64,000 bases of DNA from Oceanispirochaeta sp. (GCA_963666275.2 CAXXOA010000002.1:2144001-2208000); one strand, 5' to 3'; numbered from the stretch's first letter, positions 39,831-50,155 are shown. The notes: generated by a model not told the origin, from the sequence alone. Numbers and translations: made by a program.

Positions 39831-40700
39831 ATGAAAGAAAAAAGAGACCTTTTCACCCCTCTGGCATTTCTCACAATGCTTATTCTGTCATTGCCTATCA
39901 TCCTGGGCTATCTATGGCTGTTCATATCCACTTTTTCCGAAAGGACATTCGGTTTGAAACCGGTGGATATTAATGGGAATCTGGGCGGTTTTACTCTGAA
40001 AAACTGGTCATTCCTGAAAGAACCGGATATATGGCTAGTGACTTTAAACACATTCCTGCTTTCTGTTTTCATGACTTTAGGGGTTCTTATTGTATCCTCA
40101 ATGGCGGGGTATGCCCTGTCCCGGATCAAATTCAAAGGACGGAAACTGTTCCTTTCCCTGACTTTGATCCTGCATGCCTTTCCCAGTATTACCCTTCTGA
40201 TCGCGATCTATTTTGTATTGAGATTCTTTACAGGGATCCCCCTTCTTAAATCTGTGATGGGATACAATACTCTGGGCGGGGTCGTTCTTGTGAGCCTCTC
40301 TCTTCAGCTGCCCCTGGGGGTCTGGCTGATGAAAGGATTCTTTGACAATGTCTCCTGGGATCTGGAAAGGGCAGCCCTGATTGACGGGTGTTCCCGATGG
40401 CGGACTTTCTGGAACATCATGGTTCCCCAGATAAAGCCGGGATTGGCAGCTCTGTCGATTTTTTCCTTTATGACAGGATGGAGTTCATTCCTCATCCCCT
40501 ATACATTTTTAACCTCATGGAACCGTGCCGTTATTTCCACGTACCTGAATTCGATGATGAACAGTGACTCCCTGTCTATTCAATATGGCGTTCTGGCTGC
40601 TGTGGGGCTGTTTCAGCTTATTCCCATACTCTTTTTCTACAGTTTTACGCAAAAATACCTGATGAAGATTTTCTCCGGCGGATCTCACGGCGGAGTATAG
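39831..40700 (+). CDS. Carbohydrate ABC transporter permease
   Basis: AGYALSR and LERAALIDGCS motifs. Confidence 0.9.
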   Translation: MKEKRDLFTPLAFLTMLILSLPIILGYLWLFISTFSERTFGLKPVDINGNLGGFTLKNWSFLKEPDIWLVTLNTFLLSVFMTLGVLIVSSMAGYALSRIKFKGRKLFLSLTLILHAFPSITLLIAIYFVLRFFTGIPLLKSVMGYNTLGGVVLVSLSLQLPLGVWLMKGFFDNVSWDLERAALIDGCSRWRTFWNIMVPQIKPGLAALSIFSFMTGWSSFLIPYTFLTSWNRAVISTYLNSMMNSDSLSIQYGVLAAVGLFQLIPILFFYSFTQKYLMKIFSGGSHGGV

Positions 40701-40710
40701 GAAGGATAAT

Positions 40711-41793
40711 ATGCACATTAAACTTGATAAATTAACAAAGAAATTCGGAAACAACACAGTCGTAGATGAAATATCCCTGGATATTGAAAGTGGTGAGTTC
40801 GTTGCTTTTCTCGGTCCTTCCGGATGTGGAAAAACCACAACACTCCTTATGACCGCAGGGATATATAAACCGGACAGTGGATCCATCCTTTTCGGAGACA
40901 GGGATGTAACAAGGATGCAGCCCAAGGACAGAAACATAGGGATGGTATTCCAGAGTTATGCTCTCTATCCACATATGACAGTATTTGAAAATATTTCCTT
41001 TTCCATGAAATTGAAAAAAGCTTCCATGGCTGAAATGGAAAAGGAAACTGGACGGGTAGCCGAGCTTCTCGGGATTGGGCATCTACTGAAACGTTGCCCA
41101 TCTGAACTCTCAGGCGGGCAGCAGCAGAGGGTCGCCCTGGGGAGGGCTCTCATCAAAAAACCTCAGCTCCTTCTTTTTGATGAACCCCTGTCCAATCTGG
41201 ATGCCCGGCTCAGAATTACCATGCGGAGTGAGATTAAAAGGCTGCAGAAGGAATTGGGCATAACCTGTATCTACGTTACCCACGATCAGATAGAAGCCAT
41301 GACCATGGCGGATAGGGTGGCAGTTATCAAAGACGGTAAGCTTCAGGCATTCAGACCTCCATTGGATCTTCATGACCGCCCGGAAACCCTGTTCATCGGT
41401 CAGTTTGTAGGTAATCCTCCCATGAACCTATGGGAAAGTCAGCTCATTCTGGAAGGAGGGGGAAAAGTTCTGCTCCCCGATGGAAGCTATGCCACTCTGG
41501 GGGCAAACAGATTAACAGCAACTGATCTGTCAAATAAAACAAAAACAATGCTGGGTATACGTCCGGAAGACATTATTCTTGATGCCCAGGGGCCGGGGAA
41601 AGCCGAAGTCATTATGGTGGAACCCCTGGGAAGGGATGATCTGCTCCAGTGCCGGTGGGGTACGCAGGATCTTGTTCTTCTGGCAGATCCCAGAGAAAAA
41701 ATCCGTCCGGGAGAGGAAGTCAGGTTTAAATTCACTCCCGATGCCTGGCAGCTTTTCGATCCGCAGACCGAAAAATCCCTGATCTGGAGTTAA
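40711..41793 (+). CDS. Carbohydrate ABC transporter ATP-binding protein (MalK/UgpC-like)
   Basis: GPSGCGKTT, VFQSYALYPHMTV, LSGGQQQRVA and DEPLSNLDA motifs. Confidence 0.94.
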   Translation: MHIKLDKLTKKFGNNTVVDEISLDIESGEFVAFLGPSGCGKTTTLLMTAGIYKPDSGSILFGDRDVTRMQPKDRNIGMVFQSYALYPHMTVFENISFSMKLKKASMAEMEKETGRVAELLGIGHLLKRCPSELSGGQQQRVALGRALIKKPQLLLFDEPLSNLDARLRITMRSEIKRLQKELGITCIYVTHDQIEAMTMADRVAVIKDGKLQAFRPPLDLHDRPETLFIGQFVGNPPMNLWESQLILEGGGKVLLPDGSYATLGANRLTATDLSNKTKTMLGIRPEDIILDAQGPGKAEVIMVEPLGRDDLLQCRWGTQDLVLLADPREKIRPGEEVRFKFTPDAWQLFDPQTEKSLIWS

Positions 41794-41798
41794 AATCG

Positions 41799-41825
41799 GC
41801 CCCCTGCATGAATCAGGGGGCTTTT
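41799..41825. terminator. Bidirectional intrinsic terminator
   Basis: GCCCCCTG-N7-CAGGGGGC-TTTT between convergent genes. Confidence 0.7.
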
Positions 41826-42774
41826 ATTTCACATTTTTCGGATTCCCCGCCGCCCAGCTGAGGATATTATCCACCACAATATCGGCTCTTCTCAGAAAAG
41901 CTTCCTTTGTGGCAAAGGCTATATGGGGAGTCACCACTACATTTTCCAGCTTCAGCACCTGCTCGATCTCTTTGTCCAGAGGAGGTTCTGTGGCAAACAC
42001 ATCCAGACCGGCTCCGGCGATCCGACCGGTTTTAAGAGCATTCTCCAGAGCAATCGCATTGACTACAGGGCCCCGGGCGCAGTTGATCAGAATAGCAGAG
42101 CTCTTCATCAGGGCCAGTTCTTCCGGTCCGATCAGGTCTTTTGTGCTCTCATTCAGGGGGCAGTGGAGGGTCACTATATCACTGCTTTCCAGAAGTGTTT
42201 TCATGTCGGTCAGTTCAATCTTCAGATCCCCGGGCATGGCCTTTCCCCGGTCCAGGCCGAGAATCCGGCAGTTGAAAGCGCTCAGCAGCCGGGCCACATA
42301 CTGCCCGATTGCCCCCAGTCCAATGATCCCTACAGTTTTTCCGCAAAGATCAAAGCCCACCAGGCCGTCTCTGGTGCCGCCCTTACGGGTGAGGGGATCC
42401 AGACGGGTCATGTTGCGCAGTACATCGATGATCAGCCCGATTGTCAGTTCCGCAACGCTTATGGTGGAATATCCCGAGGCATTGCAGACTGTTATATCTT
42501 TTTCACGGCAGGCCTCCATGGCAACATGGTCCAGCCCGGTGAAGGCGACTGCCAGGAGTTTCAGGTCAGGAAGAGACTGAACAACCTCAGCGGGAAAAGG
42601 GAGGTTTCCTATGACAACCACTTCGGCTCCCGTGCCTCTTCTGATAATTTCCTGAACGTCCTGATTCCTGTCACTAATGAAGACAAGCTCATGTCCTTCC
42701 GCACTCAGTTCTCTTTTCATGGACTCCTGTTTTGCCTGATCGATTCCCAGGGGCTCTATGATATGGATTTTCAT
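41824..42774 (-). CDS. D-isomer-specific 2-hydroxyacid dehydrogenase
   Basis: GIIGLGAIG, LHCPL, INCARG, LDVF..EP and TPHIA motifs. Confidence 0.92.
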   Translation of the reverse strand: MKIHIIEPLGIDQAKQESMKRELSAEGHELVFISDRNQDVQEIIRRGTGAEVVVIGNLPFPAEVVQSLPDLKLLAVAFTGLDHVAMEACREKDITVCNASGYSTISVAELTIGLIIDVLRNMTRLDPLTRKGGTRDGLVGFDLCGKTVGIIGLGAIGQYVARLLSAFNCRILGLDRGKAMPGDLKIELTDMKTLLESSDIVTLHCPLNESTKDLIGPEELALMKSSAILINCARGPVVNAIALENALKTGRIAGAGLDVFATEPPLDKEIEQVLKLENVVVTPHIAFATKEAFLRRADIVVDNILSWAAGNPKNVK

Positions 42775-42996
42775 TTGGTAAAACTCCGTTTGATTTTTTA
42801 ATAGTAAATTAGGGGTATGATAAAGCTGTGTGCCTTGTCAGGTCAAGGTGAAGAAGAAACGGGTTTAACAGGAGAAGCAAACAGAGAGGAGGACCTGATA
42901 AATAATTGATTTCAACAGGTCTTTATCAGGGGATATACAACTTCTATAATATTTATCAATCTAATACAATTTTTTATATGAAAGAAGGAGGATTGA

Positions 42997-43896
42997 ATGA
43001 TTATCCTGGATAGGATCCCCATATTCATAGCTGTAGCAGAAGAATTGAGTTTTTCCCGGGCGGCGGAAAGGTTGGGAAGAACTCAATCAGCTGTCAGCCA
43101 GTCTATAGCTCTGTTGGAAGAAGAGCTGGAAACAAAGCTTTTCATTCGGGAAAGCAAACAGATAAGGTTAACTGAGCCAGGTGAAATCCTTTTTAAAGAA
43201 AGTTGTGCTTCCCTGGGGCATATGGAATCTGCTTTGTTGCAGATTTCCGACTGGAGAGGATTGAAACGGGGGACTCTCAGGATCGGTATCAGTCCCACTG
43301 TGGGGAGCTCTCTGCTGCCACCTGTGATTGAAATTTTTTGCAGAAAGTACCAGGGAATTGATCTTCAGGTAATGGAAATCCTCTCTGATAATGCACCTGA
43401 TGCTCTTCATTCCGGGATCATTGATATAGCTTTTGGAATTCTACCGGATAATGCTTCTCATCTGAAACAGATCCTTTTAATGAAAAGACAGAGTGTTCTG
43501 GTTTCCAGGGATAAAATAATTCCTGTAGAAGGGGATACTTATTTTGAAAAAACACTGGGGGATTACCCCTTTATTATTTCAGGGACGGGGATGTTAAGCC
43601 GTAAAACAGCTGATAATCTTTTCTCGCACTGGATAAAAAGACCACGAATATTAATGACCTGCTCCAATCTGGGTATTATCAGAAAAATGATTCTGAAAGG
43701 CCTGGGAGTTGGAATTCTGCCGGAACCTTTCATTGCAGAGGATCTTGCCTGTAAAGATCTTTATGCCATCCCCTTTCAGCAGGAGGGAAAAATTGAGCAT
43801 GCAGGTGTGATCTATTCTCCGGAAAATGAAAAAATTCCAGCAGTGCGAGAATTACTTCAATCTGTGAGGGAGTATTATCAGATAAGCAAAGAGTAA
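42997..43896 (+). CDS. LysR family transcriptional regulator
   Basis: SFSRAAERLGRTQSAVSQSI..LEEEL..KLFIR HTH motif. Confidence 0.92.
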   Translation: MIILDRIPIFIAVAEELSFSRAAERLGRTQSAVSQSIALLEEELETKLFIRESKQIRLTEPGEILFKESCASLGHMESALLQISDWRGLKRGTLRIGISPTVGSSLLPPVIEIFCRKYQGIDLQVMEILSDNAPDALHSGIIDIAFGILPDNASHLKQILLMKRQSVLVSRDKIIPVEGDTYFEKTLGDYPFIISGTGMLSRKTADNLFSHWIKRPRILMTCSNLGIIRKMILKGLGVGILPEPFIAEDLACKDLYAIPFQQEGKIEHAGVIYSPENEKIPAVRELLQSVREYYQISKE

Positions 43897-44600
43897 AGCA
43901 TTTTAAGCACAAGCCCAGTAATCATAATTCTGATGATGAGATAAAACTTCTTTTCAGAAAGTCTTTGAAGCAGCCTCTGACCAATCCAGTTCCCGATGAT
44001 CACAAAGGGGATAAATATAAGAGCTGTTTTGAAAATATCAGAATTCAGTCTGCCCAGCGAGAGAAATACCCCTAATTTACAGGCATGAGTAAACATCTGG
44101 GAAGCTGATTTTGTTGCAACCAGTCCTTCTTTAGAAAAATAGTCCCTTAGGTAAAATGGCGCTATAATGGGTCCTGATACTCCCAGAAAAAGGGAAATAT
44201 ACCCGGCCATGGAACCGGCAATAGCATAATTTCCTTTCCTGAAAATGGTAATCTGATCATGTCCGATTGGGGGAAGCCACGTGAAAAGAAGAATTCCAAA
44301 AGAAAGAATTATCTGTCCGGATTTAATGGGAACAGCCGGAAGGAAAAATCGTCCTGCAAGGGCTCCGATAAAAGTCCCCGCTGCAAATGTCAGTACCGGA
44401 TAAAAACGTATATGCTTCCAGGCAAAGATGGATCTGCTTGTATTGCTTGTTAGCTGAATAATCCCATGCACAGGCAGAAGGGATGATGGGTCCAGAACAG
44501 ATCCAAGAGTTGCCAGGGCAAGAACACCGCCGCCCATACTGAATGCCCCTGAAAGAATAGCACTGAAAAAAATGAGCGGGATCAGTATTGTCATTTCCAT
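43878..44600 (-). CDS. Sulfite exporter TauE/SafE family protein
   Basis: SG.FSMGGG and GVSGP motifs; about eight TM helices; start set at MEMTIL (44600) after GGAG. Confidence 0.82.
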   Translation of the reverse strand: MEMTILIPLIFFSAILSGAFSMGGGVLALATLGSVLDPSSLLPVHGIIQLTSNTSRSIFAWKHIRFYPVLTFAAGTFIGALAGRFFLPAVPIKSGQIILSFGILLFTWLPPIGHDQITIFRKGNYAIAGSMAGYISLFLGVSGPIIAPFYLRDYFSKEGLVATKSASQMFTHACKLGVFLSLGRLNSDIFKTALIFIPFVIIGNWIGQRLLQRLSEKKFYLIIRIMITGLVLKMLYSLLI

Positions 44601-44837
44601 GATGATTTCTCCATGACTCATTCTGTATGAATTCCAATTGTTAGTAAAATTAATAATTATAATAAAATACATTAGCAGAACTGATTTATAGATATAAAAA
44701 ATCCAAAATCCCTTTTCCTGAATGTCTGAACCACACCGACTTTACCGGAGGCATGTTTTTGTGAAAGTCATGTGTTCCGGGTGAACGCCTCCCATCCATA
44801 AAAAATTCTTCCTCTACAACAGCTTCAAAAAAACACT

Positions 44838-44868
44838 TTGACCTTCCTACCGTGGGAAGCTTTAAACT
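44838..44868 (+). promoter_or_regulatory. MerR-family (CueR-like) promoter with 19-bp spacer
   Basis: TTGACC-19 bp-TAAACT with dyad ACCTTCC-N7-GGAAGCT between the hexamers. Confidence 0.75.
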
Positions 44869-44918
44869 GGAATTCAATCTTTATTTTTGAAAGTTTATGA
44901 CCGGAAAAGGAGGGAGGA

Positions 44919-45947
44919 ATGTCAGCGCTGACACCCAGGGAAAACTATATTAAGGCATTGAACCATCAGGTTCCCGACTGGATTCCCAATGCACGACTGG
45001 ATGAGGTTAACTATATTCCCATCGAAATTGCCGAAAGAGCCCCCGGCGACGGGACTCCCTCTCAGGCTCTGGGGGGAACCGGATTTGACTGGTTCGGAGT
45101 TCACTGGGTATTTCAGCCCCATGTGAGGGCAGCCACGGTAAGCCATGAATATCCGCCTCTTCTATCCGATATAACACAGTGGAAAGAGGTTGTTCAGTTC
45201 CCCGATATTGAAGCTATCGACTGGGCGGCTGCGGCAACAAGGGATCAGAATGTATTTGTACCGGAGAAGCTTGCCAATATCACCCTCCTGAACGGTCCCT
45301 TTGAGCGGCTTCATTCTCTTATGGGTATGGCGGAAGCCTGTATGGCACTGGTTCTGGAACCGGAAGCGACGTATGATTTTTTCGGGGCTGTGGTTGACCA
45401 TAAACTGCGGATTATGGAAAAGATTGTCGAGTATTATCCGGTTGATCAGATAGAGCTTCATGACGACTGGGGGCATCAGGAGAATCAGTTTTTTTCAACC
45501 GAGATCTGGGATAGCCTGCTTTCTCCCCATATAAAAAGGATCACTGAGTTCGGAAAAGAAAAGGGGATATTTATCAGGATTCACAGCTGCGGGAAAATTG
45601 AGAATCTCATCCCCTCCATGGTCGAGGCGGGAATAGAGCACTGGACTTCAGCCCAGACAATCAATGATCTTGAGAGTATTATCAGGGAGTACGGTGACAG
45701 GCTCGTATTAACCGGAGGAATGGATATGGCCTCTCTTAAACTGGGACAAATCCCGAGAGAAGAGATGAAGGCACTTGTGAATCAGCAGATTGACAGGTTA
45801 TGTCCCGGCGGAGCTCTTCTGCCCTTTGGAGCGTCTTCTGTTGAGGGACTGAAAGAAGTTGTTAATGAGGTCCTTGCGGAGAAGAAGGACTTTTTTAAGA
45901 AACCGGAAAACAGACGCCTTCCGAAAGCCGTTTTACAGAAGGTCTGA
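44919..45947 (+). CDS. Uroporphyrinogen decarboxylase / MtaA-CmuA methyltransferase family protein
   Basis: DWFGVHW, GPFERL..LMG, HDDWG, HSCGK (Zn ligands) and GGMD motifs. Confidence 0.85.
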   Translation: MSALTPRENYIKALNHQVPDWIPNARLDEVNYIPIEIAERAPGDGTPSQALGGTGFDWFGVHWVFQPHVRAATVSHEYPPLLSDITQWKEVVQFPDIEAIDWAAAATRDQNVFVPEKLANITLLNGPFERLHSLMGMAEACMALVLEPEATYDFFGAVVDHKLRIMEKIVEYYPVDQIELHDDWGHQENQFFSTEIWDSLLSPHIKRITEFGKEKGIFIRIHSCGKIENLIPSMVEAGIEHWTSAQTINDLESIIREYGDRLVLTGGMDMASLKLGQIPREEMKALVNQQIDRLCPGGALLPFGASSVEGLKEVVNEVLAEKKDFFKKPENRRLPKAVLQKV

Positions 45948-46187
45948 GAGTTCTACTATTAAATCCATGAGTTTCGGGGGAGTTTATGGCTTCCCCTGAC
46001 ACTTGGCTGTTGAATTATCTGAGCGGTATATTCTCTGTAACAACGACGCCGAATATTGGTGCAAGTCTCCAGTTGTATAATTTCCATGTCCTCTGTCTTT
46101 GGTCAGGTGGCAGATCATCTGATTCCTCCCCATTTCAGAATCATCAAATAACATTTATTCCCCTGCATGTCTACCGGAAGAATAATC

Positions 46188-46239
46188 TTGACAGAGGCCA
46201 TTTATGCTTTTATTATGATGATAGATAATCGATAATCGA
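46188..46239 (+). promoter_or_regulatory. Sigma70 promoter + putative GntR operator (copy 1)
   Basis: TTGACA-17 bp-TATTAT, then TAGATAATCGATAATCGA. Confidence 0.72.
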
Positions 46240-46256
46240 AAAAAAATTGAGAGTAG

Positions 46257-47309
46257 ATGATTATGAAAGCAGTTGTTTTATTAGAGCCGAGTCGAATGGA
46301 ATTACAGGAGATCCCAGAGCCTGTCCTGGGATCTGCAGATATAATATGCCGTGTGAAATCCGTTTCAATCTGTGGTACTGATCCTCATATCATCCAGGGG
46401 GAGTTTCCGGGCTTATGGCCTCAATCGTTTCCTTTTGTTCCAGGTCATGAATGGGCAGGAGAAGTGGTTCAAACCGGGCCTTTAGCCGCGTTAAGCGGCT
46501 GGAAGGACGGGGACAGGGTTTGCGGTATAAGTCATGTAGGCTGTGGACTCTGTGATATGTGCCTGGAAGGGCGCTTCAATCTTTGTCTGAATTACGGAAA
46601 GGAAAAAATGGGGCACAGGCAGTACGGACATTACAGCACTGGAGCCTATTCTGAATATATCATGGCCAGCATGAAATCGGTGGCAGCAATTCCTGACGAT
46701 CTGGATTTTGATGTCGCAGCTTGTCTTGACCCGCTCAGTATCTCACTTCATGTTGTCATGAGGTCGGGAATAAAACCCGGGGATAATGTTCTGATAACAG
46801 GCAGCGGGGCACAGGGGCTCATGAGCATCATTTGTGCCCGGGAACTGGGCGCCGGGCGAATTGTTGTTTCCGGCAGCGGATATCGACTGAAGTTTGCTGA
46901 AAAAATAGGCGCCCTGACACTGAATTACAAAGATAAAAATGTATTGAAAGATGCTTTGGATATGACAGAAGGGCGGGGCTTTCAGCGGGTCATCGAGTGT
47001 TCGGGAAGCACCTCGGGTTTTACCATGGCTGTTGATGCTGTGGCAAAAGGGGGAGTTGTTTCCGTCGTCAGTCTGCCGGATGAACCGGTAGAAATCTCTC
47101 TGAGACGCATTGTCCTGGATGAAATAGATATTAGGGGAAACAGGGCAAACCCGAATACGCTCAAGAAGGCCATCTCCATCGCAGTCAGAAACCGTGAGCT
47201 GCTAAGGAGCATGATTACCCATACCTTTCCTCTTTCTGAGTTTGATACCGCTTTTGAGATATTTACAGGCAGAAAGGATAATTCCGTCAAGGTTATATTA
47301 AAACCGTGA
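46257..47309 (+). CDS. Zinc-dependent (MDR) alcohol/polyol dehydrogenase
   Basis: ICGTD, GHEWAG, CGLCDMC..GRFNLC and GSGAQG motifs. Confidence 0.92.
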   Translation: MIMKAVVLLEPSRMELQEIPEPVLGSADIICRVKSVSICGTDPHIIQGEFPGLWPQSFPFVPGHEWAGEVVQTGPLAALSGWKDGDRVCGISHVGCGLCDMCLEGRFNLCLNYGKEKMGHRQYGHYSTGAYSEYIMASMKSVAAIPDDLDFDVAACLDPLSISLHVVMRSGIKPGDNVLITGSGAQGLMSIICARELGAGRIVVSGSGYRLKFAEKIGALTLNYKDKNVLKDALDMTEGRGFQRVIECSGSTSGFTMAVDAVAKGGVVSVVSLPDEPVEISLRRIVLDEIDIRGNRANPNTLKKAISIAVRNRELLRSMITHTFPLSEFDTAFEIFTGRKDNSVKVILKP

Positions 47310-47347
47310 GGTTAATAAAAATAGAACTGTAACTAAGGAGATTGTTG

Positions 47348-48247
47348 ATGAAAGTTTTTACAGAAGAGCTTCGGTGTGCTGATGCCGCAATAAGAATTGA
47401 TGTTTATGGAGGGCCAGACAGACAGAAAGTGGCCGAAGATTCCACCTTTCTGAATTACAGACTGGCAGCTGTTACAGCTCATTCTGATACAACTAAAGGG
47501 AAACCGGATATTATCTGGAATTATGAACGGCCCAAAAAAGATATTTCCTTTATTGGAGAGCAGCTTATACTCGATGGTTTCTGGGAAGACGGGGAAATTA
47601 ATAAGGTTCTGGTCTCCATGCTGGCAATGGAGCTGAATAAGGTTGAACTTTATCCGATGCATTCTTCAGCTGTGGTTTACCGGGATAAAGGGATCCTCCT
47701 GCTGGGGGGAGAAAATAATCATGGAAAAAGCATGAGCCAGCTTGAGGGTTGTCGAAGAGGGGCTCTGATGTTTTCTACCGAAACTACTGTTATTAATGAG
47801 GATTGCAAAGCAGTTCTGGGATCTAAGAACATCTATGTCAAGAAACGGGCAAAAGGAACAGAACGGTCGGATCTTCCCGATCAGGATGAAGGTGTTGCTA
47901 AATTTTTCAACAAGGAACCGGAATATAAAACTATAGACGGTCCAATATCCATTGACCTTGTAATTATGCCCAGTATTGACGGACACTTTGATACCAAAGT
48001 TCTGCCTATGAATCAGTTTGAGAGTTCCTATCAGAGTTATCACTCACTTATGAACTTCATGGGAATGAATCAGCTCCTTTCCGGTGATGACGGTCTCTCC
48101 ATGCCTATTATCGATACAGATGCAAGGCGAAAAATTAGAGGCAAAATCTGTGCAAAGTTTGCTTCCGGGCGTCCCTATTATCTTATGAGAGCAAAAACTC
48201 CCCAGATTATATTCGATGAAATCGACAAGATCATTGACGGTATGTAG
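47348..48247 (+). CDS. Hypothetical protein with HPr-kinase-like P-loop region
   Basis: MHSSAV....GILLLGGENNHGKS resembles the HPrK/PEPCK-type H-x-x-x-V...G...GKS signature; AAGGAG RBS. Confidence 0.6.
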   Translation: MKVFTEELRCADAAIRIDVYGGPDRQKVAEDSTFLNYRLAAVTAHSDTTKGKPDIIWNYERPKKDISFIGEQLILDGFWEDGEINKVLVSMLAMELNKVELYPMHSSAVVYRDKGILLLGGENNHGKSMSQLEGCRRGALMFSTETTVINEDCKAVLGSKNIYVKKRAKGTERSDLPDQDEGVAKFFNKEPEYKTIDGPISIDLVIMPSIDGHFDTKVLPMNQFESSYQSYHSLMNFMGMNQLLSGDDGLSMPIIDTDARRKIRGKICAKFASGRPYYLMRAKTPQIIFDEIDKIIDGM

Positions 48248-48253
48248 GGCTCT

Positions 48254-48820
48254 ATGAAAATAGCTGTAATATCCGATATACATGAAAACTACCATAACCT
48301 TCTGTTATTCCTTGATAGGATAAAAGGGGAGGGAATAGGACATATCCTGTTTCTGGGCGATTTCATCAATGCGGGAATTGCACGAGTACTGGCCAGGTCC
48401 GGCTACCCTGTCTTCGCCGTTTGGGGTAATAATGACGGAGACAGGACAGCTATTCTGACAGAATGTCTGCATAAAGAGAGCGGGATGAAAATTTCCAAAG
48501 AGTGCTATGGGGATATTACCATTGAGAACAGAAGAATCTTTCTGTCCCATTATCCTGATCTGGTTCAGATAGCCTCGTCATCCGGTTTGTTTGATGCTGT
48601 TTTTTTCGGGCACTCCCATCAGGAATTCCTGGATTCATCCGAAACCTGCGTGGTCATGAATCCAGGAGAAATATCAGCACACAAGTTCGGAAATGCCAGC
48701 TTTGGTATCTATGATACTGCCAGTAACAGTGCGGTTCTGTATCAGCTGGATAACTCAATGACAGTGAAAAATGAAAGGGTTGAAAAAGAGTATTTCCGGC
48801 TGGGATTTAATCAGGAATAA
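48254..48820 (+). CDS. Metallophosphoesterase (YfcE/MJ0936 family)
   Basis: SDIH, LGD, GNND, SH, GHSH and NPG motifs. Confidence 0.9.
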   Translation: MKIAVISDIHENYHNLLLFLDRIKGEGIGHILFLGDFINAGIARVLARSGYPVFAVWGNNDGDRTAILTECLHKESGMKISKECYGDITIENRRIFLSHYPDLVQIASSSGLFDAVFFGHSHQEFLDSSETCVVMNPGEISAHKFGNASFGIYDTASNSAVLYQLDNSMTVKNERVEKEYFRLGFNQE

Positions 48821-48985
48821 GTTGCGTAAATACCTTTGCTGACAGTACGGTCACTGGTTTGATGTTCTGAAAAATTTTATGTCCTCTGTTTTCCTTTCCC
48901 TCCGGTAGAGAAAGGTCAGAACTGTTCCGGGTTTCATTTTACTGTCTGAATAGCATTCATTTGATTGGGTTCAGGAGGCTTTAAT

Positions 48986-49957
48986 GTGAGGTATATAAAG
49001 TGGATCAGAGATCTGGGTAGAGATGAAACTTTCATAACAGGGGACAAAGCAGCCAGCCTGGGAGTGCTTATTCAGAATGGTTTTAATGTTCCCGGAGGGT
49101 TCTGTATAACCGGTCCGGCATTTGAATATCTGATGAATGAACAGGAACTTATGCCTGAGATTTGCCGCATTATGAAAACGATAGATTTCAAGTGCTATGA
49201 TGATATTGAGGAGAAATCATCAGCCATAAGAAATCTGATCAATTCTGCGGAAATCCCTGAAGATTTGATGGATGAGATCCTAGAGTCTCTCAGGGAGCTA
49301 TCAGATGCGGCAGACTCTGCCTCCTATCTTGCCGTTCGATCTTCAGTCTTTTTTGAAGGCTGCAGCAGGGCGGGTTTTCCCGGAATGATGGATACCTATC
49401 ATTATATCCGAGGACAGGAAAAGATCTTACCGTGCATCAGGCATTGCTGGGCATCTGTTTATACGGCCCGGTCCCTCTTATGGCGGCATCAGCAGGGAAT
49501 TCTGAATAACCATTTTGTAATAGCACCGCTTGTTCAGAATATGATTCACTCTGAAGTATCTGGAATACTTTTAACAGTGAATGCAGTGACCAGCAATAAA
49601 AACGAGATAATAGTTGAAGCCAACTGGGGCCTTGGGGACTCACTTGTTTCGGGGGCGGCAATTGTAGACAATTACATTCTTGGCAGAGATCCACTTGATA
49701 TTAAACAGAAAACGATCATGAAAAAAAATATATATATCACTTTTGACAGAGAGGAGAAACAGGGAAAAAAACAGTACCAGGTTCCATCAGAAATATCGAC
49801 TGTCTGTACTTTGACAGATGAACAGCTTCTTGAGCTGGCTGATGCGGGGATCAGAATAGAGAAGGTCTTTCAGTCCCCACAGAATATTGAATGGGCCTAT
49901 GTGAAGGGAGAACTCTTTCTGCTTCAGGCAGGTAAGATCAAAGCATTGATCTTTTGA
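48986..49957 (+). CDS. PEP-synthase N-terminal ATP-grasp (PPDK_N) subunit, phenylphosphate synthase beta-like
   Basis: GDKAASLG, VPGGFCIT, AVRSS, CWASVYT.R, EANWGLG and IEWA motifs; GTG start after AGGAGG. Confidence 0.85.
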   Translation: MRYIKWIRDLGRDETFITGDKAASLGVLIQNGFNVPGGFCITGPAFEYLMNEQELMPEICRIMKTIDFKCYDDIEEKSSAIRNLINSAEIPEDLMDEILESLRELSDAADSASYLAVRSSVFFEGCSRAGFPGMMDTYHYIRGQEKILPCIRHCWASVYTARSLLWRHQQGILNNHFVIAPLVQNMIHSEVSGILLTVNAVTSNKNEIIVEANWGLGDSLVSGAAIVDNYILGRDPLDIKQKTIMKKNIYITFDREEKQGKKQYQVPSEISTVCTLTDEQLLELADAGIRIEKVFQSPQNIEWAYVKGELFLLQAGKIKALIF

Positions 49958-50105
49958 GGCATGCTCTTTTCCATAGGGATCTTTCTGGGCACTCATGTCA
50001 GAAAATAGTACTTAACAGTTATGCGGAATTGCAGATGATAACTGAAAAGGGGCCTTCGCGCCATCAGGATTGTATGCGGTTTTATTAAGGCAGGGGAGTT
50101 TTTCC

Positions 50106-50155
50106 TTGACATAATAGAAAAGCAATATAACAATAATAGAAAATCGATAATCGAT
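50106..50155 (+). promoter_or_regulatory. Promoter + putative GntR operator (copy 2)
   Basis: TTGACA at 50106; TAGAAAATCGATAATCGAT at 50137-50155. Confidence 0.68.

Noticed and set aside
45984..46118. 44-aa minus-strand ORF with a GGGAGG RBS, and the 80-aa plus-strand ORF 45986-46228
   Set aside because: No recognisable motif; the plus-strand ORF overlaps the next promoter. Cannot be supported without a homology search.
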